A stretch of 64,000 nucleotides of DNA from Salpingoeca rosetta (Eukaryota > Protista > Choanoflagellata). The notes under the pieces were generated by a model. It searched no databases and had not been told where the DNA came from. It saw only the letters and a program-made list of their open reading frames with translations. The stretch is from assembly GCA_033442325.1 (NCBI GenBank), contig JAWQFM010000005.1, forward strand, positions 673,327 to 737,326, given 5' to 3'. This document shows, in pieces, positions 35,792-53,814 of the stretch. The position numbers were made by a program, and so were the translations under genes. Each line of letters begins with the position of its first letter. Positions within the stretch are counted from its first letter, which is position 1.

Positions 35792-36757
35792 CACGCAGCT
35801 TACGTCACCCCACCGCATGTCCACACGCCACACCTTGCAGGCTCTACGGTCTTCGTCAGCAGGCGGAGAAGGTGGACAAGACAGACCCTTACTTCTGCCA
35901 CTCCGACTTCATCGCACCAAAGGAGAGCGGCATTGCCGACTACATTGGCATGTTTGCCGTGACGTGCGGCCTCGGTGCAGATGAGCTCTCGAAGCAGTTC
36001 CTCAACGACCATGACGACTACAACTCCATCATGGTCAAGGCCCTGGCCGACCGGCTGGCAGGTGCGCACACTTCATTCAATATTCTGACGCGCCTTCCTG
36101 CAAAACACACACACACGCACGCGCACGTGCACACAATTTGACACAACCCTCAAACACCTCCCTCTACCTCTTTTGCAAATGACAGAGGCGTTTGCCGAGA
36201 TGCTGCACGAGGATGTGCGCCGAAAGTACTGGGCATACGCAACCGACGAAGGGTTCACAGCAAAGGAACTCCACCAGGTGTGTGTGTGTGTGTGTGTGTG
36301 TCTGCGTCTGTGTGGTTGCTTAAGTTTCCCGTGTATCATTTTTGTTTCGCTGTTCGCTTTGTTGCCCCACATGCCCTCCCTGGACCATGTCAATGCTCCT
36401 CTCACCCGCATCTCCCCCCCCCCCCTGTTGGCAATCTAAACACAGCTCAAGTATGCCGGTATCCGCCCTGCTCCCGGGTACCCGTCGCAGCCGGACCACA
36501 CAGAGAAGGAGGCATACTGGCGCCTGCTCGATGCAGAGGCAAACGCAGAGATGAGCCTGACCGAGTCGTTCTCCATGATGCCTGCGGCCAGCGTGTCTGG
36601 CCTCTACTTTGCACACCCAGACTCTGAGTACTTTGCCGTGGGCAAGATTGACCGGGACCAGGCTGCCGACTACGCCAAGCGCAAGGGCAGCGACCTGCAG
36701 ACAGTTGAGCGCTGGCTGGCTCCCATCCTCAGTTACGACCCCGATGAGAGCCAATAG
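29807..36757 (+). CDS. MTR: Cobalamin-dependent methionine synthase (MetH/MTR)
   Basis: [96 protein letters not shown]12-binding [24 protein letters not shown], activation domain [37 protein letters not shown]. Stop TAG at 36757. Confidence 0.98.
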
Positions 36758-36758
36758 T

Positions 36759-36821
<63 letters not shown>

Positions 36822-37375
36822 TGAGTGTGCACTTGCACACACACACACACACCTTTTCCGCTTTCATCCGTGTATGTTTGATGTTACGCACGCCGTCTAG
36901 CCTTCCAGCCCCAGTCTTTGTTGTGTTTCCACGTCATTCGTTGTAGCTTGTCACACCTTTGTTGTGTTGATGTTCTTACCCAGCAGCGAGTGGTTACGGT
37001 TGATTGTAGCTTGGGTTGGCACCCTGGTGTGCTTTCTTTTGGTGGGGACGTGCTTACTGTCTTGTTCCTCCGACCCATTTAGATTCGTGTTTGCTGTATG
37101 CGTGCGTGCATTTGACCTCTCCGAGCGTGTGTGAGTTGGGATTTCGTCTGGCAATCGCATGTTGGTGGTGGCGGCTTTGTCCTTTCGTGCTCCCTGACCT
37201 TCTCCTTGACGCTTCCATAGTTTACAGCATTCTCACGCAATACAAGCACCCACTCGCCATACACTTGTCACGAACGACGACAGGGAGGGGAAGGACTGTG
37301 TCAGTGCTTTGAACTGTCACACACACACACACACACACACACACAACACACACACACCACACACACAGCATGGCA

Positions 37376-43380
<6,005 letters not shown>

Positions 43381-43895
43381 GGCTTCACTGTCTACAGATG
43401 ACACAGGGTGCGAAGTGTTGCGTGGGATGTGAGCGTGTGCGTCACACAGGTTTGTGCAGACAAGCATGTCATGGTGACCAATTGAAGCTACAAGACCAAA
43501 CACACTCGAGCCGACCCATGTATCCGGGTCACAAGAACCCATCAGAAGTGTAGGAAAGGACATGAAGAATGGCAGTGCTAACGACTGTGCAGATAGCCGT
43601 ACTTCAGGTACGCCGGTCACGCTCCTTGCCTACTGGCTGGATATGCGCAACAAACTGCCGGCAATTTGAGGTTTGAAGGGCTGCGAGCTCGCACCACCAC
43701 CACAGCCCAAAGCAGTACACCCACCTCCAGTCTACACAGTTGAGGTTCACCACTTGATGTGAATGAAGATGGAGGCTTTTGATATCGGTACCAACGCAAT
43801 AGGCCAACAGCCGCACACACACAAACTGACCAACCACAGCACACCTTCAATGCTCTCTTCTTCTCTTGCTTCTTGCTGGCAGTGGTTGAAAGTGG

Positions 43896-43908
43896 TTTTC
43901 CCGCGAAA
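43896..43908. promoter_or_regulatory. Candidate E2F-type site TTTTCCCGCGAAA
   Basis: Matches TTTSSCGC on + and TTTCGCGG on -, in the presumed promoter of the two-SH2 gene. Motif match only. Confidence 0.25.
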
Positions 43909-44077
43909 TGGGGCGCACAGAAATGCTGTCGAGATGTGTACAAATTTTCAGCAGAGACGATACTGTAGTTGCAGGGCTGATTGCCTTGCTTGCTTACAGT
44001 AGTGCGACAAGCAGGTGTTGTGATCACGGAGGCATGAAATGAATGTCAGGTGCGGCAGGGTGCTGTCGAGTTCACGA

Positions 44078-44221
44078 TCAGCAGCTCGCCTGGTGCGAGA
44101 ACTTTGCAAGCTCCTGCTCCACAGCCTGTTTGACTTTCTGTGGATTGGCCTTTCCTTCTGCGTGTGTGTGTGTGTATGTGTGTGTATGTGTGTGTATGTG
44201 TGTGTATGTGTGTGTATGTGT

Positions 44222-44290
<69 letters not shown>

Positions 44291-44721
44291 GGTGAGGAAG
44301 AAATACGCAGGCGAATGCAAAACCATGGGCGGAGAAAGCATGACGCACACGCATCGCAAGTTCCGGGTTCAACCTACTTGTCTTGCCCATCACCTGTCCT
44401 ACAAAGAAGCCAAGCACGCCCGTTTGGCCTGCAATCACGCGTGCAGAGGCAAACAAACACACAGTTTTGTGTTGGGTAGGCGAGGGACAGAGTGGCAGGA
44501 GGTACCAACACACACACACGCGCGCGCGCATACACAAGTGCATGCACACCTGTGGCAGACAACCCACCTTTCAAAAACTTGTTCCGCTGCTTTGGGTTGT
44601 TTGCCACGACATCGACCACCAACGCCTGCAGCACAGCAGCATCCGACTCCTGGCGAAGATCAAGTGCTTCCATCAGCTCTGTCGGCGAGCGTCTGTCCCC
44701 ATCAAGCATTCGCCCCAAAAT
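44078..44721 (-). CDS. GATB: C-terminal GatB/YqeY domain of Asp/Glu-tRNA amidotransferase subunit B; 3 exons, 5' part missing
   Basis: Exons 44721-44568, 44428-44378 and 44157-44078 splice to ILGRMLDGDRRSPTELMEALDLRQESDAAVLQALVVDVVANNPKQRNKFLKGQTGVLGFFVGQVMGKTKGKANPQKVKQAVEQEL, the typical LxQxSD..GFFVGQVM..GKANP signature. Confidence 0.85.
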
Positions 44722-44736
44722 CTGCAGTCGATCGTG

Positions 44737-44821
<85 letters not shown>

Positions 44822-44955
44822 CCGTCACTCTCTGCGTGCGAAGGCGTGTTTACACAGCCTTGCATCTTGTGCCACCGTGCCGTGTCTCCCCTTGCCATGC
44901 CCTCACCACCACCACTGTCACCTCCACCACCACCTCCATCACACGCCTGATGCAG

Positions 44956-45710
44956 ATGAAGAATGAGATTGATGGGTGCTGTGGAGAGTACTGCAAGCTC
45001 ACGCGCAAGCAGCGCATGTATGGCTTTGCGTACTGCTTTGCCATCGGCTGCATCCTCGGTTTGCTGGTGCGTCACCTTGGTCCACATGCTTGTCTCTCCT
45101 CAATTGCGTGTGTGCGCACGCGTGTGTGTATGCATGTGCATGGAAGTGGGCGAAGATCGAGGGTGGAACAGCACAGGCTCCCATCCAGTGCCGAATCCAT
45201 GCTTAACCGCCACCGTCGACGCACATCTGGTGTTGTGGCTACAGGGTACGGCTCTCGTGGCCCTTGGTAACCTGACCGCGTTTGCCATCTGCTATTCCCT
45301 CGGCACCATCATGTCTCTCGCGAGGTGTGTACATTGGCGGCATGCGCATGTCCCTCACGTCGCAAGCGAACGTCTGCGTGCATTACACGACACGGCAACA
45401 ATGATGACAATATTATGTTCCTCTTTGGCGACCGGCACTCATCATGCTCCTGTCCATTTTTGCACATGGTCGCCTGCACACTGTCGGCAGTTCTTTGTTC
45501 CTGTGGGGGCCATGGCATCAGATCAAGAACATGTTCAAGGTGCGTGCGCGTGTGTGCGTTGTGCGTGTGTGTGCGTTGTGCGTGTGTATGCGTGTATGCA
45601 TGTGTTGTGCGTGTGTATGCGTGTGTTGTGCGTGTGTTGTGCGTGTGTGTGTGAGGATCTTCTTCTCCTTGTTTGTTTATACTCATGTCACGCACACGTT
45701 TCTTCGACGT

Positions 45711-45808
<98 letters not shown>

Positions 45809-46253
45809 CTGTGTTGACACAGGAGACGAGATGGATTGCGACATGCGTGATGCTTGCGTCGATTGCAATGACGCTTGTGTCTGCGATTGTATGGAAGAGC
45901 GTTGCGCTCGCCATCATCTTTGCATTCATCCAATTCCTCGCCTTCTTCTGGTACTGCCTCTCCTACATCCCATACGCAAGGTGAGCCATTTGTGTGTGTG
46001 TGCATGTTCGTGTGTGCGTATATGCGTGCGTGTGGGTATTGCATTCTTGTCAGATGCTTGTCCAGGTTGGCTCGCAAGGGGTGCACAACTTGAGACCGCG
46101 CACACCCCTCTTCCACCAGCGCCGTCATAGCCAAGCACCCACCACTGCCTCTCACGCTGCTGTTATGTCCCGTTTTGTTTCTTTGTCTTCTCTTCCTCGA
46201 TTCCAAACAGAGCCGTGGCCCGCAACTGTATGGGCTCGTGCATGAATGTGTGA
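44956..46253 (+). CDS. SFT2: Vesicle transport protein SFT2 (SFT2D1/2-like); first exon possibly missing
   Basis: Exons ~44956-45066, 45245-45324, 45491-45539, 45823-45980 and 46211-46253 give LTRKQRMYGFAYCF..FAICYSLGTIMSLASSLFLWGPWHQIKNMFKETRWIAT..IQFLAFFWYCLSYIPYARAVARNC. Confidence 0.92.
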
Positions 46254-46709
46254 GTGCGTACAGTGCCGCCAAACGGTAGTGGTGATGGTCGTAGTCGTGC
46301 AAGCGTGTGTGCGGCTGATCAAACGGCTTGTGTTACGTGTGCGAACGGTGAAGAGGGGGGGGGGGTGGAGGAAAGGCAGGTGCAAGAGAAGTTAAGGGGG
46401 CGGGGAAGAGGGGGGGGGGGAGTACAAGAAGCGGATAAAGAGAGATGAGAGCGGTGACGGAGCAGAGTGTGCTCCGAGTACCATATCGCCGAAGCTTCGT
46501 GCCTCTTGCGTGCGCGCGTGCGGTGTGAAACGTTGTGTGGGAGTAGACAAGTGTCGTTATCACATGTGCTGTGTTGTGTGCCTGTTGTTGAGTGGGCGGT
46601 TCTCTGTCTCTCTCTACTTCAGATGTCGCTTGTTCTCTTTGTTGGTTTGCTTGGAGGTTGAGGGGGGGGGGTTTCAGTTGATTAGCAGTATTGTTTCTAC
46701 TGTTTGCTT

Positions 46710-46783
<74 letters not shown>

Positions 46784-46883
46784 NNNNNNNNNNNNNNNNN
46801 NNNNNNNNNNNNNNNNNNNNNNNNNNNNNNNNNNNNNNNNNNNNNNNNNNNNNNNNNNNNNNNNNNNNNNNNNNNNNNNNNNN
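46784..46883. other. Assembly gap (100 N, probably of unknown size) inside a (CA)n tract
   Basis: Exactly 100 N. Confidence 1.
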
Positions 46884-46943
<60 letters not shown>

Positions 46944-47296
46944 ACACACGTATACACGTACACACGCACGAAGGTGAAAGGCAAAGCATCATCTGAATCA
47001 CGAGTGGCGCAGGCGGACGAGAGAGTACGCCTCGTATCGCACGACACGCCACAACGCAGGCTCAACAACGCCATGAGCGTTGCACACACATGCACATGCA
47101 CATTTGCGGTTCACACGTGGTCGGCCAACGCACCCACAATCCGCCATGTCCTCGTGCTCTCTCTACATGCACAGAAATCCACTCTGATGACTCTCTGACA
47201 CACTCTCTTGTTAGCTCACCCGCTCCTCTCCCTCCCTCCCTCCCTCACACACACACATGTATACACACACTTCTTTTCTTTCGCGTGCGCGGTCGT

Positions 47297-47684
47297 CTAC
47301 TCTGCTTGTGCTTGTTGCTGCTGCTGCTGTTGCTGCTGATCTGGAGGGAGGCCGACGACGTCCTGTGGGGGCTTCGGCTCACCTTCCTCTTTTGCACACT
47401 TGAGCAGGAATGTGCCAAGCCACTCAACCGGGTTGGGTGGTCTGGCCAGCGTGTTCGCAAATGTGTGTGTGCGTGTGTTTGCGCGGGCGCGCGGGCGTGT
47501 GTGTGTGTGTGCATTGTGGGGGTAAGGAAGGGTGGATTGAGAGTGCCAACGCGCTTTGGAGATGGCAGCAGGCGTGATGCGTTGGTTTGCAGGAATGCAG
47601 GTGCATGCGCAGCGCAGACAGAAATGCAGACATACAGACAAATCTGCGGGCACATGAACGAAACAGACGTGGATTCAGAAGCAT

Positions 47685-47748
<64 letters not shown>

Positions 47749-48384
47749 TTCTTGTGCAAGGGCAGCGAGGCCCTCGAGAAGTACGGGGACGACGGTTTGG
47801 TCGAGGTAGTCACGGGTCGGGTATTGTGGAGTGAACTGCATCTGCGCATCGTTGGCGTGTTGTCGCAGAGCCGCCTGAAACAGCAGAAGGGAAAAAAAGA
47901 AGGAGGGGGGGGGGAAAGCGACATGGCAGCGTGAGTGTAAGGAGAAGAGGTACAGGGTGGAAGCAAATCACGGGTAAATGACGGGCAAATCGTACAGCCA
48001 TCAACCAGCACACACACACGCACACACACACATACACATACACATACACACACATACACACACACGCAAGCATACATGGAAGTCGTACCGCAGGTTCCTC
48101 TGGAAGTGGCGCCTGCACCTTTGTGTCTTCCTCTGCTGCAACAGCAGGCTGTTCCTCCTTCTCCGACACGACACATATGATGTCGGTGAGTCGTGTGGAA
48201 ACCATGTACAACAAACAAGCGACACACAGACACACACACACACAGACACACACACAATCATACATACATACACACACACACACACAATCACACATACATA
48301 CAGACACACACACAATCACACAATCACACAATCACACACAGACAAAGACAGACACACCTCTGGCTTTGTGTCCATGGCCGACAT
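47297..48384 (-). CDS. DPY30: Dpy-30 motif protein, 4 exons
   Basis: [39 protein letters not shown] matches the Dpy-30 motif ([28 protein letters not shown]). Start MSAMDTKPE. Confidence 0.9.
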
Positions 48385-48899
48385 GGCCGACGTTCTGCTG
48401 TGTGTTGTTTGGTGTGTGCTTTGCCGCCCCTCGTCGCTTGTCGCTAACTTCCCTGTGGTTTCTGCTGACTCAGCAATTTATCACAGTCAATTGCCTCAAC
48501 CCATCAAATCACACCACACCACACGCAGCCACAAGCAAGCAAGCCAGCGACCACCTCCCTTCCTTGTGCAAGCGAGCAAGCCAGCCAGCAGCCTTTTGCT
48601 TGCTTCGCGTTGCTGTTGGACGGTGTGAAAGACACGAGGTTCTTTCCACCGAGCGAGCTGGCAAGCCTACAAGACCGCCATCCACCCACCCACCCACACA
48701 CACACACACATACTGGTTCACCGCCGTGTACAATTCACCGGCAAAACGCAGTTGGGGCAACAGCAACCACCCAACAACAACAACAACAACGACAACAACG
48801 ACAACGCAGACGATAGCGGGCAACTGCGGGTGATTGAGTGCGGCTGAGCGTGGGTTCGCGCGCGCGTGTGTGTTGGTTGAGGGGAGAGACAGAGAGGAC

Positions 48900-50976
48900 A
48901 TGAAGAAGGTGCGGTTTGAGTTTGACGTCGATGCGCCGTGGCCACTGGCGCTTCTTGCTTATGATCGCAAGTCATGGGGCATCCCCAACCCGGCCATCAA
49001 GGAGGTGCTCAAGTGTGACTTCTCTGACTGGGATGTCAACCCACAGCTCCAGCAGACTTCCTTTAAGTACGTTATCGTGTGTGTGTGTGTGTGTGCGTTT
49101 GTGTGCATGTGTATGTGTGCTCTTGTTTGTGCGTGTGTATGTGTGCTCTTGTGTGTGTGTGTGTGTGCTTGTGTATGTATACGTTTGTGCGCGCGTGTGC
49201 GTCCTTGGGTAGCACTCACCCACTGACGTCCTCACTTACTCACTCACGCTCACACACCCTCCAATGCTGCTGTCATAATTGCCGCAGACGGCGTGTTCAA
49301 TTCCGTATGCCATTTCCTGGGTGGTTCATGAAGCTCCTCACCAACGACAGGGTACGTGGCCAGTCAACATATCCGACTGCGCGTGCACATCCTTCCGCCA
49401 CTTACCTTCCCACGTTGCATCTTCACCCATAGTTATCGCTCATGGTTGCCTGCTGATGTTTGTTCTCCTTCACTCGGTTGGTTTGGGGTACAATATAGGA
49501 GGCGTTCTTGGAGTTTGACACACTGATTGACCGGAAGAACCAGCATGCGGTGGTGCACGGCGTCAACTTGACCATGCGCCATGTCATTGAGGTAAATCAA
49601 CGGTCATCTTCATGTGCGCACGCGTCATCAGAGCACGTTGAGCATGCACATGTGTTCTCAACACACCTCACAACACGCTGCACAACGCACACACTCACTC
49701 ACACACACTCTCACACACACACACACTGTTTCTCACTCACATGTTTTCATACACACACACACACACACACAAATGTACACTGCAGATGACGGAGGACATG
49801 GAGATCTTTGCGGACCCCGACGACCCGCGCAAGACGAAGATGGTGTATGTGATGACATACCAGCTCAAGTTCAGCTCGTGGGTCTCCACGCGCCTGGAAA
49901 ACCTCATCAACTCCCACTACGGCAAGGCCCTCAAGCGCGGGCGCACCCTCGACCACAAATTCATTCAGCAGGTGCGGTTGTATGTGTTTGTGTACTTGTG
50001 TGTTTGCATGTGTGGCGCACGCTTGCATCTCTGAGTGAGACAGCAGCAGCTGTGTGTGTTGCTTTTGTTTGACGATGACACATGACATCTCACCACATGC
50101 TTGCGTGCGCTGTGTGTCTGCTACAGTTCAAACGAAAGCACTCTCTCAATGCCATTCCCCTGACGCGCTCCGAGCAGAGCGGTGAGCCGTTGTGCGCGCG
50201 CGTGTGTTGTGTTTGATGTGCTGTGTCGTCTGTGCTGTGTGTGCGTGTGTGCTGTCTGTGCTGTATGTGTGCGGGTGTGTTTGTGCGTCGCATTGCTTTC
50301 CTGGTTTTTGCTACTAGTTGTCTCTTACACCCCCCCCCCACACGCATGCATGCATGCAGCAATGGAGATCTACAAGGCGCGGCTGGACACGGTACTGCCT
50401 GAGCGGGCGAGCATTGCCAGTTTCGAAGCCGAGGACATTGACAGCGGCACGGGAAACTCCAAGACAACCGGAGACGAGACGCCGCTCGCTGACGGCGCCA
50501 GCAGTGATGGCGGTGCAGCTGAGGATGGGGATGAAGCTGCCAAGCGAAGCACCGGTGTCAACAGCGAGCATGCACAAACGCGTCGCCCGCACGCACTTCC
50601 ACTCTCTGCCTCAAACGACGAGCTCGGTGGTGACAGTGGCGGTGATGATCACGGTGCTTCAGCTGACAGCGCCGACGTGCAGGGTGATGAAGATGAGGAT
50701 GACATCTTTGTGGACGCAAGGCAGGGCGATGACGGTGACTACGGCAAGACCGACAGTGCGGCGGAGTGGAGTGACGCGCCAGCCTCATCCGCACACCAAC
50801 AGCGGCGCCAGCAGCAAGTGGAGGCGGCAGCGAGTAGCTATGGGCGACTCGAGAACAAGCGCGCACACGCTGGCACTCGCGTTGGTGACGACGACGAGGG
50901 TGCATGGCCGTTTCCGATTGCCTTTGACACGCTACTTGTGGATCCAGAACACAGTGTGCCTCGCACCCACGTGTAG
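48900..50976 (+). CDS. PRELI/MSF1-like lipid-transfer domain protein with a long acidic tail
   Basis: FEFDVDAPWPLALLAYDRKSWGIPNP..VL..RRVQFRMPFPGWFMKLL..LIDRKNQHAVVHGVNLTMRHVIEMTEDMEIFADPDDPRKT..RLENLINSHYGKALKRGR follows the PRELI pattern. Exons splice in phase to the terminal exon at ~50360-50976. Confidence 0.75.
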
Positions 50977-51053
50977 CTAGCCAACAACCCCTTCTCTCCC
51001 TTTTCCCCTCTGTGTATATGTATGCGTGTGTGCGCGCGCTTGTGAAAGCGTGA

Positions 51054-51218
51054 CACACACACCTCACACACACACCTCACACACACACCTCACACGCACA
51101 CCTCACACGCACACCTCACACGCACACCTCACACACACCTCACACACACCTCACACACACCTCACACACACCTCACACACACCTCACACACACCTCACAC
51201 ACCCCTCACACCCTCACA
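51054..51218. repeat. (CACACACCTCA)n-like tandem repeat downstream of the PRELI gene
   Basis: Repeated ACCTCACAC(AC) units. Confidence 0.85.
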
Positions 51219-51865
51219 TGCACACACACACATGCACACTCACACCCATACGTCCACACTCTCTGCCTCTTCGTCTTCAAACCACGGCCTTCACGGCCCA
51301 ACTGCTGTGTTATATTCTTGTGCTGTGTTCCAGATTACGAATTCCTCTTTCTTCTGCTTTCTCTTTCTTCTGCTTCATCTCCTTCCCCGTGTTTTGTCGC
51401 TTTCTTCCCTTCAGGCTGTGCGTTACACGCTGCTATTGCGCACGCATTAGGTTTAGCATCTCTGATTTGTTCCTTTGGTGTGGCTTCCTTCCCTCGGCTT
51501 GTCTCACTACTTCTCCGCCTTCCCTCTGTGCATATATACATTCGTCTTCCTTCCTTCCTTCCTTCCTTCACATTCGATTGAAACTAGGTCCCATTCCGTC
51601 TGCGTGTCTGTGTTGCTGTCTGTGCAGTGATGTGAAGCAGCACGCCATCACAATACACCAAGTCTCCATCTGCTGTGAGTTTAATGTAAGAACATCACAT
51701 CACATAAAATCGATTCATGTCACATCACAACATCGACACCCCACAAGAAGCAAGTCAACCGCAACCACACCCACAACAACACCCACAGTGCTCCAGAATG
51801 CCCACCTTTATGAATACCTTCCACTGAATTTCGGCAATGGTCCTTCCAATTTGGAGAAAGAGACG

Positions 51866-52709
51866 ATGATGTCGTGCGCTCGGTGGCTTGTTGTAGTGGT
51901 GGTGGCAGTTGTGGTGGCTGCTGCTGTCGTGGCCAGCAGTGACAGCCACAGACACGATCAGCACAGTGGGACGGGCAAACGATTACAGATTGGGGTGAAG
52001 CATAGAAGTGAGGACTGCCATCTGAAATCAGGAACCGGAGACACGCTCGCCGTCCACTACACGGTGCGTCTTGCTGCGTTTGTTTGTGTTGTTCGTGTTG
52101 TTTGTTTGGGTGTGTGAGCGGTGTTTGCTTTCTTGTTTGTCTACCTGCTTGATTGCTTGTTTGTTTGGCTGCTTACTTGCTTGCTTGCTTGTTTGTGTCT
52201 TGTAGTCTGTTGTTGCTGCGGTGCGTGAATGCGCCAGTGACAACAAGCCAGGTGCCCACTTCTGCATGGCTTCTTGGCAAGCCACCCACTCTGACATTCG
52301 GTGACATCATCGTCCGCTTTCGTGTGCCTGATGCTGTTGTTTCAGGGATACCTGGCGGACACTGGCGACACGTTTGACAGCAGCTTGCCGCGTGGCGATC
52401 CGCTTGTGTTCACGCTGGGGGATAATCAAGTCATCCAAGGCTGGGAACAAGGCTTGCTCAAGTCAGGGCCGTGCTGGCGTGTGTGTGTGTCTGGTGTGTG
52501 TGTGTGTGCTTGTACTTGAGAGCACACACACACACTCTCACAGTGTGGCGTATGCAAACGGATTCACCGTTTCCATGCACGACAACCACTATTGCTCACA
52601 CATGAACGGCTGCATCTTGCCTATGCTGTCATGTAGCATGTGCATCGGAGAAGTGCGATCTCTCGCTGTCCCGTGGACTCTCGGTGAGTATTCATTTTCA
52701 CAGCTTGTG

Positions 52710-52758
<49 letters not shown>

Positions 52759-53183
52759 CGCATGTTTGACGTGCGTGCTGACCTCTTGTTCGCACCACGC
52801 TGCGCGCTGGTGCTCTGGTGCTGGCCTTCATAGCCTGCGTACAAGCTGCACATGTATTGTGATTTCACCCTCGCGCTCAGACGCCCATTCCAACCCCGGT
52901 TCTTCCTCACCACTGATTGCCCTGGCCACCTCTTCTCACACAAACTGTTGTCATCACTGTTGTCATCACTGTTGTCATCACTGTTGTCCTCACATCAACA
53001 CACACACACACACATATCAACACATATTTGCATGTTCGCTGGACGTCAGCGTATGGAGACTATGGAGCACCGCCCGCCATCCCTCCCCGTGCAAATCTTC
53101 GCTTTGAAGTGGAGCTCCTGCACATCGACAAGCGGCACACCGACAGCCATCACAGCACTGCAAGCAGCAAAAGCGAACTCTGA
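51866..53183 (+). CDS. FKBP2: ER-lumenal FKBP-type peptidyl-prolyl isomerase (FKBP2-like)
   Basis: Signal-peptide-like N-terminus; [85 protein letters not shown]; C-terminal KSEL, similar to an ER-retention signal. Confidence 0.92.
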
Positions 53184-53814
53184 CCTGAGTGGAGCAGAGT
53201 AAGCAAGAGCAAGCACAACAAGCAGAGCAGAGTCATCACAACAAACAAGCAAGAGCAAGCACAGCCGCCACTGAACACCACCAGCCAGCGCGCCGTTGCG
53301 TTTTATGCTGTCGTTACCTGTCCTATTTGAATGCGCACTGGATGTCTGTGATTTGTGTGCGAAACATACTTGTTATCACCTATACACCGTAGTAATCTTC
53401 CTTTTTTTTTTTCGTGTGGTGGGTTTGTTGGTGGCGGAAAGAGAGAACACGCGTGTGTGTCTGCTGGTGCGAGCGTGCTGAGAGTGTGTGAGGGAGGGAG
53501 AGAGATAGTAAGAGATGGGGTATGGCAAGCCACTGGCGTGAGCTGGAGTGCATGGCAAGGAGTGAACGCATGGATGGCAGAGTGAGCACTGCTTGATTCG
53601 CTCATCTCTCTTGCTTCTTCTTGGATCGCCATCGCATCGCTCATCCTTCCTTTTTGCATCCTCAACACACACACACACACATAACAGCTGCTGCTTTTTT
53701 TGACGCTCTTCTTTGCCAAGGCACACGCGCACGACAGGCCTTCAAGCGTAACAACTGCGACAAGCACTCTTGCACACACACACACACACACATACACAAC
53801 CGCGTGCGCTCACA

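Noticed and set aside
46960-47074. MALLSLRCGVSCDTRRTLSS.. on the - strand as a possible mitochondrial presequence for the missing GatB 5' end
   Set aside because: It lies just downstream of the DPY30 stop, and no GatB-like exons follow between 46780 and 46260. It cannot be fully excluded because of the 100-N gap.
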